Below, in pieces: positions 25,781-38,000 of a stretch of 64,000 bases of DNA (position 1 is its first letter; every line of letters starts with the position of its first letter). Both the position numbers and the translations under genes were made by a program. Origin of the DNA: Mobula hypostoma (Eukaryota); assembly GCF_963921235.1 (NCBI RefSeq), contig NC_086108.1, positions 93,932,001-93,996,000 of the forward strand. Reading direction: 5' to 3'. The notes under the pieces are model-generated. The model did not search any database, was not told the origin of the DNA, and saw only the letters and a list, made by a program, of their open reading frames with translations.

Positions 25781-26404
25781 GTATGCCTTTCCATATATAT
25801 AGGAACAGAAGAAAATCTCCTGATCTGTGTGTCTGCACCACTGAATTTTCTCTGCATCACTTCTTAGTTAACAAAGCTACTATTTAAAACATTTAAACTT
25901 TCAATTAAGCAAGTATTCAGAGTTTATGTGAGGGATGGCATTTAAGATTTGCAAAACTCGTGTAAAAAACAACTTTCTGATTTGATTGTTAAGTGGGCCA
26001 CCTGCTCAGCATTTCTGGATTGTTCTCATTGGAGAGTTTCTCAGTATCAGATGCCACTGAATCCTCTAAATCATTTAAATTTTTAAAAATTACGCTCTTT
26101 TTAAGTTGAGATAACAATAAGTCCAGGCTTATCAAAAATCTTTTTAATTGAACTCCTTTTGGCCGTATCAATTGTGATTATTTTTGCTATACTCCTTTGG
26201 TGGACAATGATATCTTTACTGAGTTGTGGTGCTCAGAACTTGAAGGCATTGCCCTTTCACTTCTGAATTCCATGACACAGGTAAACATTTCATTTGTCCT
26301 TGCTGGACACCATTTGTTGTATTTGTGCACTAGCTTTTAGTCATTTGTGTACTGAGTATCCAGATCCAATTTTTCACCCTTAAGAAACTATTTTAATTTA
26401 TTTT

Positions 26405-29385
26405 TCTTGACCTGTATTTCACTTGCCACTTTCTTGTCCATTCTAATCTGTCCAGCCTACCTGTTTCCTCAACACTACTTGCCCCTCCACCAATCTTCGT
26501 ATCATCTCAAACTTGGCAACAAAGCCACCTATTCCATCATCTAAATCATTGATATACAGCATAAAAAGAAGCGGTCCCAACACCGACCCCTGCAGAACAC
26601 CACTAGTCACCAGCAGCCAACCAGGAAAGAATCCTCTTATTCCCACTTGCTGCTTCCTACCAATTAGTCAATGCTCTAACCATGCCAGTAACATTCCTTA
26701 ATACCAAGGGCTCTTAACTTGGTATGCAGCCTCATGTGTGGCACCTTGTCAAAGGCCTTCTGAAATTCCGAATATACAACATCCACTGCATCCCCTTTAT
26801 CTATCCTACTTGCAGTCTCCTGAAAGAATTCCAACAGGTTTGTCAGGCAAGATTTTCCCTTAAGGAAACAATGCTGACTTTGTCCTGTGTCACCTCCATA
26901 ACCTCATCCTTAACAATTGACTCCAACATCTTCCCAACCACTGAGGCCAGGCTAACTAGTTATAATTTTCTTTCTGCTGCCTTCCTCCTTTCTTAGAGTG
27001 GAGTGACATTTGCAATTTTCCAGACCTCTGGCACCATGTGATTTTTGAAAGATCATTAATGCTTCCACAATCTCTACCACTACCTCTTTATGAACCCTAG
27101 GGTGCAGTTCATCTGGTAGAGGCGACTTATGTACCTTTAGGTCTTTCAGCTTTTTGAGCACCTTCTCCCTTGTAATAGTAACTGCACTCACTTTTCTTCC
27201 CTCATTTAGGATGCAAAATACTCCTTTAGTTCATCTGCCATCTCTGTGTCCCCAATTGTTATTTCTCCAGCCTCATTTTCTAGTGGTCCTATATCCACTC
27301 TCATCTCTCTTTTATGTTTTACATACTTGAGAAAACTTTTACTATCCATTTTGATATTGCTTGCTAGCTTGTTTTCATGTTTCATCTTTTCTCTCCTAAT
27401 GACTCTTCTGGTTGTTCTCTGTATGTTTTTAAAAGCTTCCCAATCCTCTATCTTCCCACTAATTTTTGCTTTGTTTTATGCCCTCCCTTGCTTTTACATT
27501 AGCTTTGACTTTCCTTGTGGCCATGGGGGTTGTACTCTTTTGCCATTTGAGTATTTATTAATTTTTGGAATACATCCTTCCTCATTTTCTCCAGAAGCTG
27601 CTCTGTTGTCATTCATGCCAGCAGCTCCTTCCAATTTACTTTGTCCAACTCCTCTCTCATACCACTGCAATTTCCTTTACTCTACTGAAATACTGCTAGG
27701 TCAGACTTTACTTTCTCCCCATCAAATTTCAAGTAAGACTGCTCTAAAAAGCTATTTTGTAGGCATTCAACAAACTCTTCTCTCTTGAGATCCCTTACCA
27801 ACCTGATTTTCCCAATCGATGTGCAGGTTAAAATCTCCCATGACTATCATAACATTGCCCTTTTGACACACCTTTTCTACTTCCCATTCTAATCTGTGCT
27901 GCACATCCCAGCTACGGATGTATATCTGTATATAACTGCCATCAGGTCCCTTTACCCCTGCAGTTTCTTTAACTCAACCCACAAGGATTCAACATCTTCC
28001 GATCCTATGTCACATCTTTCTGCTGATTTGATGACATTCTTTACCAGCAGAGCCATGCCTCCCCCTTTGTCTACCTTTCTATCCCTCCGATACAACATAT
28101 TAACTCTGGACATTCAGCTTCCAACTACAACCATCCTTCAGCCACGATTCAGTGATGGCCACAACATCATACCTGACAATCTGTAATGGTGCAACAAGAT
28201 CATCCACCTTATTTCTTATACTCTGTGCATTGAGATATAACACTGAGTACAGTATTTGCTACCCTTTTTGATTCTGCATCCCCAATCCTCATCCTGCTGG
28301 CTGCAATTTTGACCTGTCATTTGCCTGCACTTCCTAACAGTCTGACTACATGCCATCTTTGCTTTTTTATCATCTGTCCTATCCTGAGTCCCTTCACTCT
28401 AGTTCTTACCCCCCCCCCCGCCAAATTAGATTACACCATCCCCAACACCTCTAACCTCTAATTCCTGGATTGCTGCCTGTGCAGATTAATGGACGGCTGA
28501 GAAGCTGGTGCAGGGGGCAGGGGGTCAGGGTCTTGGATCACTGGGGGAGGTATGACCTATACAAAAGTGACGGGTTGCACCCGAACCCGAGAGGGACCAA
28601 TATTCTCGCGGGTAGGTTCACCTCTAACAAACCTACCCGCGAGAATATTGGTCCCTCTCGGGTTCGGGTGCAACCCGTCACTTTTGTATAGGTCATACCT
28701 CCCCCAGTGATCCAAGACCCTGACCCCCTGCCCCCTGCACCAGCTTCTCAGCCGTCCATTAATCTGCACAGGCAGCAATCCAGGAATTACTACCCTGGAG
28801 GTCCTGCTTCTCAGCTTTCTGCCTAGCTGTCTAAATTCTCTTTTCAGGACATCTTTGCTTTTCCTTCCTATTTCAGTAGTACCAAGACATCTGCCTGCTC
28901 TCCTTCCCTCTCCAAAATGCTGTGGATGTGATCCCAGACCTTCCTGACCCTGGAACCTGGGAGGCAAGATACCATTCAGGTGTCCCTTTCATGCCCACAG
29001 AAACTCCTGTCTGTTCCCCTGACTATTGAGTCCCCTATCACTACCACTCTCCTCATCTCCCTCTTTCTCTTCTGCACCATGGAACCATGCTCAGTGCCAG
29101 TAACCTAGTCATGGGTGCTCTGCGCTAACTGCCTATTCACAATTGATGATCTCCTCACTCTCCTGTACATGCCGAAGGTCATCCAGCTGCTGCTCCAGAT
29201 TCCTAACACGGTCTTCAAGGAGCTGCAGCTGGATGCACTTCACACAGATGTAGTTCCCTGGGAGACTCCGTCTCTCCCAGGATCCAACATCCAACATGAA
29301 GAACACACAACAGCCAGTGACCACACTAGGTACAGTAAGAGAGAAAAAGAAATGGGAACCTTAACAGAAGCTTACCCAGAGCCTT
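26405..29385 (-). mobile_element. Old CR1 LINE (ORF1 Zn-finger/esterase to RT), many deletions
   Basis: YICVKCIQLQLLEDRVRNLEQQLDDL, DGLHPN, KSPLPDELHPRVHKE, SGVLQGSVLGPLLF. Confidence 0.85.
28459..28789. repeat. Perfect 160-bp inverted repeat with 11-nt spacer
   Basis: Arms 28459-28618 and 28630-28789 are reverse complements; both strands encode the same peptide (ORFs 28470+ and 28557-). Confidence 0.95.
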
Positions 29386-29387
29386 AA

Positions 29388-31150
29388 ACACAAAATAATC
29401 TGCAGATGCTGGGGTCAAAGCAACACTCACAACACGCTGGAGGAACTCAGCAGGTCGGGCAGCATCCGTGGAAAAGATCGGTCGATGTTTCGGGCCGGAA
29501 CCCTTTGTCAGAACTGTAGAGGGAAGGGGCAGAGGCCCTATGAAGAAGGTGGGGGGAGGGTGGGAAGGAGAAGGCTGGTAGGTTCCAGGTGAAAAACCAG
29601 TAACGGGAAAGATAAAGGGGTGGGGGAGAGGAAGCAGGGAGGGGATAGGCAGGAAAGGTGAAGAAGGAATAGGGGAAAACACAGTGGGTAGTAGAAGGAG
29701 GCGGAACCAAGAGGGAGGAGGTAGGCAGCTGGGGGAGGGGGCAGAGTGACATAGGGATAGGGGAAGGGAGGGGGAGGGAATTACTGGAAGTTGGAGAATT
29801 CTATGTTCATACCAAGGGGCTGGAGACTACCTAGACGGTATATGACGTGTTGCTCCTCCAACCTGAGTTTAGCCTCACCATGGCAGTAGAGGAGGCCATG
29901 TATGGACATATCTGAATGGGAGTGGGAAGCAGAGTTGAAGTGGGTGGCTACTGGGAGATCCTGTCTGTTTTGGCGGGCGGAGTGGAGGTGCTTGACGAAG
30001 CGGTCCCCCAATCTGCGTCAGGTTTCACCGATGTAGAGGAGGCCACACTGGGAGCACTGGATGCAATAGATGACCCCAACAGACTCACAAGTGAAGTGTT
30101 GCCTCACTTGGAAGTACTGTTTGGGGCCCTGAATGGTGGCAAGAGAGGAGGTGTAGGGACAGGTGTAGTACTTGTGCTTACAGGGATAAGTGCCAGGTGG
30201 GAGATCCGTGGGGAGGGACGTGTGGACCAGGGAGTCGCGAAGGAACCGCTCCCTGTGGAAGGTGGAGAGGGAAAGATGTGCTTAGTGGTGGGGTCCTGTT
30301 GGAGATGGCGGAAGTTGCGGAGGATAATGTGCTGGATCCGGAGGCTGGTGGGATGGTAGGTGAGGACAAGGGGAACTCTGTCCCTGTTGTGGTTGCGGGA
30401 GGATGGGGTGAGGGCCGAAGTGTGGGAAATGGAGGAGATGCGGGTGAGGGCATCATTGATGACAGCAGAAGGGAAACCACAATCCTTAAAGAAAGAGGAC
30501 ATTTGGAGCTCGGGCTTTACTCTTTGGAGAGAAGGAGGATGAGAGGAGACATGATAGAGGTATACAAGATAATAAGAGGAATAGATAGAGTGGATAGCCA
30601 GCGTCTCTTCCCCAGGGCACCACTGCTCAATACAAGAGGACATGGCTTTAAGGTAAGGGGTGGGAAGTTCAAGGGGGATTTTAGAGGAAGGTTTTTTACT
30701 CAGAGAGTGGTTGGTGTGTGGAATGCACTGCCTGAGTCAGTGGTGGAGGCAGATACACTAGTGAAGTTTAAGAGACTACTAGACAGGTACATGGAGGAAT
30801 CTAAGGTGGGGCCTTTTATGGGAGGCAGGGTTTGAGGGTCGGCACAACATTGTGGGCCGAAGGGCCTGTACTGTGCTGTACTATTCTATGTTCTATGTCC
30901 TGGAACGGAAAACCTCATCCTCGGAGCAGATGTGGCGGAGTCGGAGGAACTAGGAATAGGGAATGGCATTTTTGCATGTGGCGGGGTGGGAAGAGGTATA
31001 GTTGAGGTAGTTATGAGAGTCAGTGCGCTTGTAGAAGATGTCAGTGGACAGTCTGTCTCCAGAGATGGAGACTGAGAGATCGAGAAAGGGGAGAGAAGTG
31101 TCCAGGATAGACCAAGTGAATTTGAGAGCTGGGTGGAAGTTAGAAGTATC
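29388..31150 (-). mobile_element. 5'-truncated Penelope-like (Neptune) element (RT C-terminus, GIY-YIG, pLTR)
   Basis: Minus-strand NFHPALKFTWS..PFLDLSV-like RT segment; RVPLVLTYHPTSLRIQHIILRNFRHLQ; LGSLQPLGMNIEFS; degenerate HHR at ~29480-29515. Confidence 0.88.
30505..30897 (+). mobile_element. CR1 3' fragment inserted into the PLE
   Basis: LGLYSLERRRMRGDMIEVYKI..FFTQRVVGVWNALP; tail (ttctatg)n. Confidence 0.88.
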
Positions 31151-31727
31151 ACTGCATCACTGACCTGTGAGAAACCTCATCACTGTGGCCTGCTCCTGCC
31201 GCTGGCTGGGATGCCAGAATGAGCCTGAACACCCGTGAAGTTTTCCTATTAAACAAGCTTTTTTGCACTGCAGTTTAAGCTTATTTTGATATTCCCCATC
31301 TTTTATTTTTCTTGAGGATTGTAATGTTTCATAAAACCGTAAAACATAGCAGAATTAGATCATTCAGCCCATCGAGTCTGCTCTGCCATTTCATCATGGT
31401 TGATTTATTATCCCTCTCAGCTCCATTCTCCCTGCCTTCTCTCCATAACCTGTGACACCCTTACTAATCTGCTTAACTACTGTCACATGAGATTGGCTTT
31501 GATCTGTTTTTTTAGCAACATGGCGTTAAACTGAAAATGTTCAATTGTTGATGTAGGTTTGAAGAGAATCGGGGGACTTCCGGTAGCGCTCATGGAGTGA
31601 AGTCGCGTTCTTGACTCGCTCCATTACCTCTGAGTTTTTTTTCTCTATGGTCAGTTATACTTTAATTAACCATTAAGGCATCAACTCTTACAATACTTTG
31701 AATTAAACTGAATTCTCCGACAACTGG

Positions 31728-32627
31728 ATGGAACTTAGATCTGCTATGTCTAAGAACGAGAAAGACGGCAAGGATGGTAAACCTCCGGTTAAACCGAAAG
31801 CTACGGATCTCCCTCCGACTGAATCACCGGTGACTTTGAAAGCGATAGCGGAGTTAATTCAGAGGGAAATTTCAACCTCTGTTAGGGAGATGATTCGTAC
31901 GGAAATTGCAGGCTTTGTTAAAGACCTGATTCATACGGAAATCTCAACTAATTTCCAGAAAATTGCCGATTTAATTGATAAGATGCAAACATGTATTGCG
32001 GAACATCAGTCGGCTATATCTGATCTTCAAAAATTCGCGCAACAAAGTGAGCTTAAGATGGGGAAAATCGAAGAAACAATTAATGTAATGAAGAAGAAAC
32101 TTGACTTTTTGACTTTTAAAAACTCTGACTTGGAATCTAGAATGCGACGGCAGAATTTACGAATGATTGGCGTGAGGGAAGCCGTTGAAGGTAACAACCC
32201 CATGAAATATTTCTCCCAACTTTTAAAAGATGCATTCCCTACTGTATTTCCTGACCAACCACCGCTACTGGATCGTGTTCACAGAATCCCATCATACTCG
32301 TCTAGGTCAGATAGACCTAGGCATGTTATCTTACGTTTTCATTACTTTCAAGACAAGGAGAGACTGTTTCGATTCGCTCGATCTAAAGGTTTCATTGATT
32401 TTTCGGATCTTAAGTTCCGATTCGTGGAAGATTTCAGTAAACCAATCTGGGACCAACGGGTCCGTTACAGATCCGTGATGTCGGAATTCTATAAGAGGGA
32501 TTTAAGACCAGCGCTGCTGTACCCTGCACGTCTAAGGATTCGCATGTCAGATGGAGCCCTTCGTTTTTTTGATTCTCCATCGGATGCCCAGAGTTATCTG
32601 GATCAACTTTCATCTCCAACATCTTAA
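31728..32627 (+). CDS. L1 ORF1p (coiled coil, RRM, CTD), intact 299 aa
   Basis: DLESRMRRQNLRMIGVRE, LDRVHR, PRHVILRFH, LLYPARLRI motifs. Confidence 0.92.
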   Translation: MELRSAMSKNEKDGKDGKPPVKPKATDLPPTESPVTLKAIAELIQREISTSVREMIRTEIAGFVKDLIHTEISTNFQKIADLIDKMQTCIAEHQSAISDLQKFAQQSELKMGKIEETINVMKKKLDFLTFKNSDLESRMRRQNLRMIGVREAVEGNNPMKYFSQLLKDAFPTVFPDQPPLLDRVHRIPSYSSRSDRPRHVILRFHYFQDKERLFRFARSKGFIDFSDLKFRFVEDFSKPIWDQRVRYRSVMSEFYKRDLRPALLYPARLRIRMSDGALRFFDSPSDAQSYLDQLSSPTS

Positions 32628-33350
32628 TTGCTTTCTTTTTAATTTTCTCCGTCGATCGGAGGCTGTGAATTGGTTGGTTTTAACTTTTCTGTGCCCTATT
32701 TGGGCAGAAAAGTTTACTTTCGATTTCTTAATATGGCTACTAAACTTTCTTTTTAACTGCGTCATTTCTTTCTTTTCCCAGGGGATTCTGGGTGGTTACT
32801 TCCCTTTTGTCATCTTACATATTTCCTGTGCGGCCTTAAATTTTGTAGTTTCTGTTTAAATTTTATTCTGTTTTGCTTTTTATAATCACTTTATGTTAAT
32901 AATCCTATTTTTTTTGTTGCTGTGTCTATTCATGAGTTTGAGGTTTATTGTGGTTTTTTTTTAATATATATTTTCCGGCTTTTGTTCTGTTCTGTGTGTA
33001 TTCTAATTGAGTTAACTTTTTTTTACTTATTTTTTTTACTGTTTTACAATTAGCTGATCCTTTTCATATTTATACCTTTTTTTTAGGGAGCGTATACCGG
33101 AAGTCATGGGGGTAGTTTTAGCGCTTGCTTCTTTCTGGCGGGTCTGTTTTAGATTTTGCCTTGGGGTCTTGGGCTGGGGGGTGGCGGGAGGGGCTTCACG
33201 TTTTAGTTTGTTTTTCTTTGGGCTATATATATTATTGAAGTACTGGTTGCGTCCTTTTCCCCGGTATCTTTTGTATGTTCTGTTTCCTCTCCGGGTTTGT
33301 GGGTCGCGCCTATTGTCAATCCTCCTTGTTGTGGGTTGACTTTAGGATTT

Positions 33351-36300
33351 ATGGAGTCTATTATTAATTTTGTCTCCTGGAATACTAATGGTCTTAATCA
33401 TCCTATTAAAAGAAAAAAAGTTTTTAAAGTGTTCCGGAGACTTAAAGCACAAATTTTATTTTTACAAGAGACCCATGTACGGAGGGGGGACAGACTACGT
33501 TTTTTTCAAATTCTGGAAGGGACAACAATTTCATTCGAACTCCAATGCTAAGATTCGAGGCGTCTCTATTTTTATAGATTCCTCAGTTACTTTTATACAA
33601 CAGGATATTATCTCTGATCCGAATGGTAGATTTTTATTGGTTAGTGGTTTACTAATAAAAAAGTAGTTTTGGTTAACGTTTATGCTCCTAATATGGATTG
33701 TCCGGAATTTTATAAATCATTGTTTGATCAGTTTCCGAATTTGAACGACTTTTCATTGATTTGGGGCGGAGATCTTAATACCTGTTTATCTCCAGCTTTG
33801 GACCGTTCGGCTCCTTTACGGACTTTACCTAATAAATCTGCAAATTTGATTAATTTTTTCCTTTCTGATTCTGGGTCGACGGATATTTGGCGTTTTCTGC
33901 ATCCTCAGGAAAAAGATTTTTCCTTTTTTTCACATGTTCATCATTCCTATTCAAGAATTGATTATTTTTTTATTGATTCTCGTCTCATTCCTTCAGTGAT
34001 TAAATGTGATTATGATTCTATAACCATTTCGGATCATGCTCCACTTAAGCTTTCTATTAAAATTATGGCCAATATACCAAACAATAGACAATGGCGTTTT
34101 AATTCGCTGTTGCTTCAGGACTCGGACTTTGTTAATTTTATGAATGAACAGATTGAGCTTTTTTTTATAATTAACCATACAGAAGATATTTCGGTTAACA
34201 CTCTTTGGGACACTTTTAAAGCCTATATTCGGGGTCAGATTATTTCGTATTCCGTTGCTTTGAGGAAGAAACAGAAGCAGGAGGAGATGGCAATTGTGGA
34301 CAAGATTAAAGAAATTGATAAGAAATATGTTATGGCTCCTTCTGAGGAGCTATACAAACAAAGAACTGAACTTCAAATGGAACACAGTTTACTACTCTCG
34401 TCCTCGATTGTAAACCAATTAAAGAAAACAAGAAGTGATTTTTATGTTCACAGTGATAAAATTGGCAAGCTGCTGGCTAATCAATTGAAATCTAATTATG
34501 TTAAATCTCAAATCAATCAGATTTATAACCAAAATGATCGATTGATATTGGATCATGTGGGGATTAATCAAACCTTTTGTGATTTTTATTCTTCTTTATA
34601 TCAATCAGAGTCTCCTCGAGATTCTAAATATATGAATGATTTTTTAGATAAGTTAGACTTTCCTCAGATTTCACAGGATATGTCTTCTTTATTAGATACT
34701 TCCATTACAATGGATGAGATTAAGAATGTTATTTTTTCTGTGAATCTGGGGAAAGCTCCTGGCCCTGATGGGTTTACCGTTGAATTTTATAAATGTTTTG
34801 CTTCTTTATTGATTCCTTGGCTCTATAAGGTTTTTGAGGCTTCTTTGAAACTTGGTAAACTTCCGGAATCTTTTAATAGAGCATCAATTTCTTTAATACT
34901 AAAGAAGGATAAAGACCCTGCTCAATGTGCATCTTATAGACCAATATCTTTATTAAATGTTGATTCTAAAGTTTTTTCTAAGTTATTAGCAAATAGACTA
35001 GAAAAAGTACTTCCTTCTATTATTTCGGAAGACCAAACGGGTTTTATTAAAGGTCGTTACTCTTTTTATAATATTCGTACATTGTTAAATATCGTTTATA
35101 CTCCCTCACAAAATGTTCCTGAGTGTGTTATTTCTTTAGATGCCGAGAAAGCTTTTGATAGAGTAGAATGGCCTTATTTATTTAAGGTGCTTGAAATGTT
35201 TAATTTTAGCCTGAAATTTATATCCTGGATTAAACTGTTATATCACTCCCCTGTAGCCTCGGTTCGTACTAACTCTTTAAACTCACCTTTTTTTCCTCTC
35301 TTTCGTGGTACTCGACAAGGCTGTCCTCTTAGTCCCCTATTATTTGATATTGCATTAGAACCTCTTGCAATTGCTATTCGAGAATCTTCAAATATTACTG
35401 GGATAACTCGGGGATTAAAGTCCCATAAATTATCACTCTATGCTGATGATTTACTTTTATATATTTCTAATCCTGAGAGATCTATTCCTGCTGTTTTAGA
35501 GTTATTAGCACAATTTGGTCTTTTCTCAGGTTATAAATTAAATCTTAGTAAGAGTGAACTTTTTCCGATTAATAAACATCTTCCCTTATATTATAAATTT
35601 CCATTTAAATTGATTAATAATTACCTTTCATATCTTGGGATTAAAATTACTTGTAAACATAAAGATTTATTTAAGACTAACTTTTTACCATTAATAGACC
35701 ATATTACTCAACTTTCATCTAAATGGTTTCCTTTATATTTAACTTTGATTGGTCGTATTAATGCAGTTAAGATGTTTTTTTTGCCAAAATTCTTATATGT
35801 GTTTCAGGCATTACCAATTTTCGTTCCTAAATCTTTTTTTGATAAAGTCGACTCTAAAATTTCTTCATTTATTTGGCAGAATAAGAATCCGAGACTGGGT
35901 AAAATACATTTACAGAAAGCTAAGAGAGATGGAGGTTTAGCATTACCTAACTTTAGATTTTATTATTGGGCTATTAATATTCGACATATGAAATTTTGGT
36001 TACTTGACCGGGATATACTATCTATTCCTAAATGGGTAGCATTGGAATTACAATCTGTTCAGGGTTATACACTTGGTTCTATTTTAGGTTCATCTCTTCC
36101 TTTTGATTCGAAACGCCTTAAGCAGGTCTCTAACCCGATCGTTAAATATGCTTTGCGTATTTGGTTTCAATTCAGAAAATTTTTTGATCTTAATCAATTC
36201 GGGTTAGCAATCCCTATTTTAGATAACATATTTTTTCCTCCCTCTTTTACGGATCGCGCTTTTCAAACTTGGAAGACTAAGGGTATTTTACGGTTTTTGG

Positions 36301-37124
36301 ATTTATTTTTAGATGGTTCCCTTATGTCTTTTGAACAATTATCTAATAAATATAACCTATCAAGAATACATTTTTTTAGATATTTACAAGTTAGAAATTT
36401 TCTAAGTACTATACTTCCTTCCTTTCCAATGCTTCCTCCTATATATATTTTAGATTCGATAATTAACCTTAATCCATGTCAGAAAGGTGCATCGGCTATG
36501 ATTTATAATATTATTATGAAACTCAGGAAAGCTCCATTTGATAAGATTAGGGTAGATTGGGAACAGGAATTGGGGCTTACCATTTCTGCGGATGATTGGG
36601 GGCAGATTTTACAATTAGTTAATACTTCCTCTATTTGTGCTAAACATTCCCTAATTCAATTTAAAGTGGTGCATAGAGCACATATGTCCAAAGATAAGTT
36701 AGCGCGTTTTTACTCGCATATTAATCCTTTCTGTGATAGATGTTCGGGGCAGATAGCCTCTTTAACTCATATGTTTTGGTCTTGCCCTACTTTGGAAACT
36801 TTTTGGAGAGATATTTTCAATATTATTTCTAAGGTATTAAATATAGATATCTCTCCTCACCCTATTACTGCTATCTTTGGACTACCTAAAATTTCTAGTA
36901 ATCTTTCCCCTTCAGCCTGTAGAATGATTGCATTTCTTACTTTAATGGCGAAAAGATGTATTTTACAACATTGGAAAGAGCTTAATGCTCCAACTACCTT
37001 TTTTTGGTTTTCTCAGACGATTTTATGTTTGAATCTGGAGAAAATTAGAAGTAACCTTTATGATTCTTCATTTAAATTTGAACAGATTTGGGGACCTTTT
37101 ATTCGATATTTTCATTTAATGTAA
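33351..37124 (+). CDS. L1 ORF2p (APE-RT-CCHC); two frameshifts in the APE domain, remaining 1151 codons open
   Basis: SWNTNGLN, LQETH, NVYAPN, GGDLN, SRIDY, SDHAP, KAPGPDG, RQGCPLSP, YADD, CDRC..THMFWSC; frame changes near 33500 and 33655. Confidence 0.92.
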
Positions 37125-37579
37125 TATTTACCCTTCTTGTTTTTTTTCACTGTTTTAATGGAGGTCGGGATTGAGGACGTGATTTTAAGTTTAACTCTGT
37201 TTGGTTTCAAGTTAGCCCATTGCTTTGCTTTGCTTTTAGTTAGTTGCACGGTGGGTTTTTTTTTGGGGTTTTTTTTTCTTTTTTTCCATTGATATATATA
37301 AAATTTAGTATACTATTATGTTATCTTGGTTTCTTATGCTTAAATTACATTGTTTGTAGTATTTTCTTTTTGGTATTGTTATCTTTTGGAATTTTATTAT
37401 ACTTTAACATTGTATTAATGTTTATATGGCTTACCTTTTTTGTATACTTACTCAATAAAAAGATTTAAAAAGAAAGAAAGAAAGAAAGAGAATCATATTT
37501 GAGTAAGCTCTAGCAGTTGTGGCACTGATGTACAATAAGGAAAGATTTTGGAAAATTGATTTGTGTTTGTTCTTTCCAG

Positions 37580-37673
37580 ATACAACAAGAGAAAGTACCA
37601 ACAGATCATGACAGAAAGGGCAGCACTTGCAGCAGGCAAAAAGTACCATAAGAAGAAGAAATTTAAAAAATAA
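37580..37673 (+). CDS. DNTTIP2: DNTTIP2 exon 7 (terminal, basic tail)
   Basis: tttccag acceptor; (R)YNKRKYQQIMTERAALAAGKKYHKKKKFKK*; phase matches exon 6. Confidence 0.96.
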
Positions 37674-37978
37674 AACCTGAAGAAAAACATGCCTAATTCT
37701 CGATATATTTTCATAACCAATAATACATTAAAAGGTTAAAAAAGTGACTGTGCTACCAACTCCTATTTCCTCCCCATTTATAAAAGCAAACTAGCTAAAT
37801 TAGCTACAGGCAATTTTAGAAATGAAAACTATTCAGCAGTGCTGAAATATGTATCATGAATGAATTTCCAGCCTCAAGAAATGAAGATATGTCAAAAGTG
37901 ATAAAGAAACTTCATAAGTCCTATTTAGATTTGTAATCATGCAATATTGTTAATTAATTTGTAGATGCAGCTAACCTT

Positions 37979-38000
37979 TGTGTGTGTGTGTGTGTGTGTG
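37979..38000 (+). repeat. (TG)n microsatellite
   Basis: About 11 TG units read directly. Confidence 0.9.

Larger units (their letters stand above)
31571..37485 (+). mobile_element. Full-length L1-clade LINE (~5.9 kb) in DNTTIP2 intron 6
   Basis: 5' GGGGGACTTCCGG; ORF1 and ORF2; AATAAA 37454-37459 with A-rich (GAAA)n tail; 9-bp TSD aagagaatc 31562-31570 / 37486-37494. Confidence 0.95.

Noticed and set aside
27246..27788. Hydrophobic 180-aa ORF resembling a membrane protein
   Set aside because: Antisense frame of the Lys-rich CR1 ORF2 linker
37669..37732. AATAAA overlapping the DNTTIP2 stop and ATTAAA at 37727 as poly(A) signals
   Set aside because: Expected by chance in A-rich Lys codons; the true 3' end cannot be assigned without transcript data
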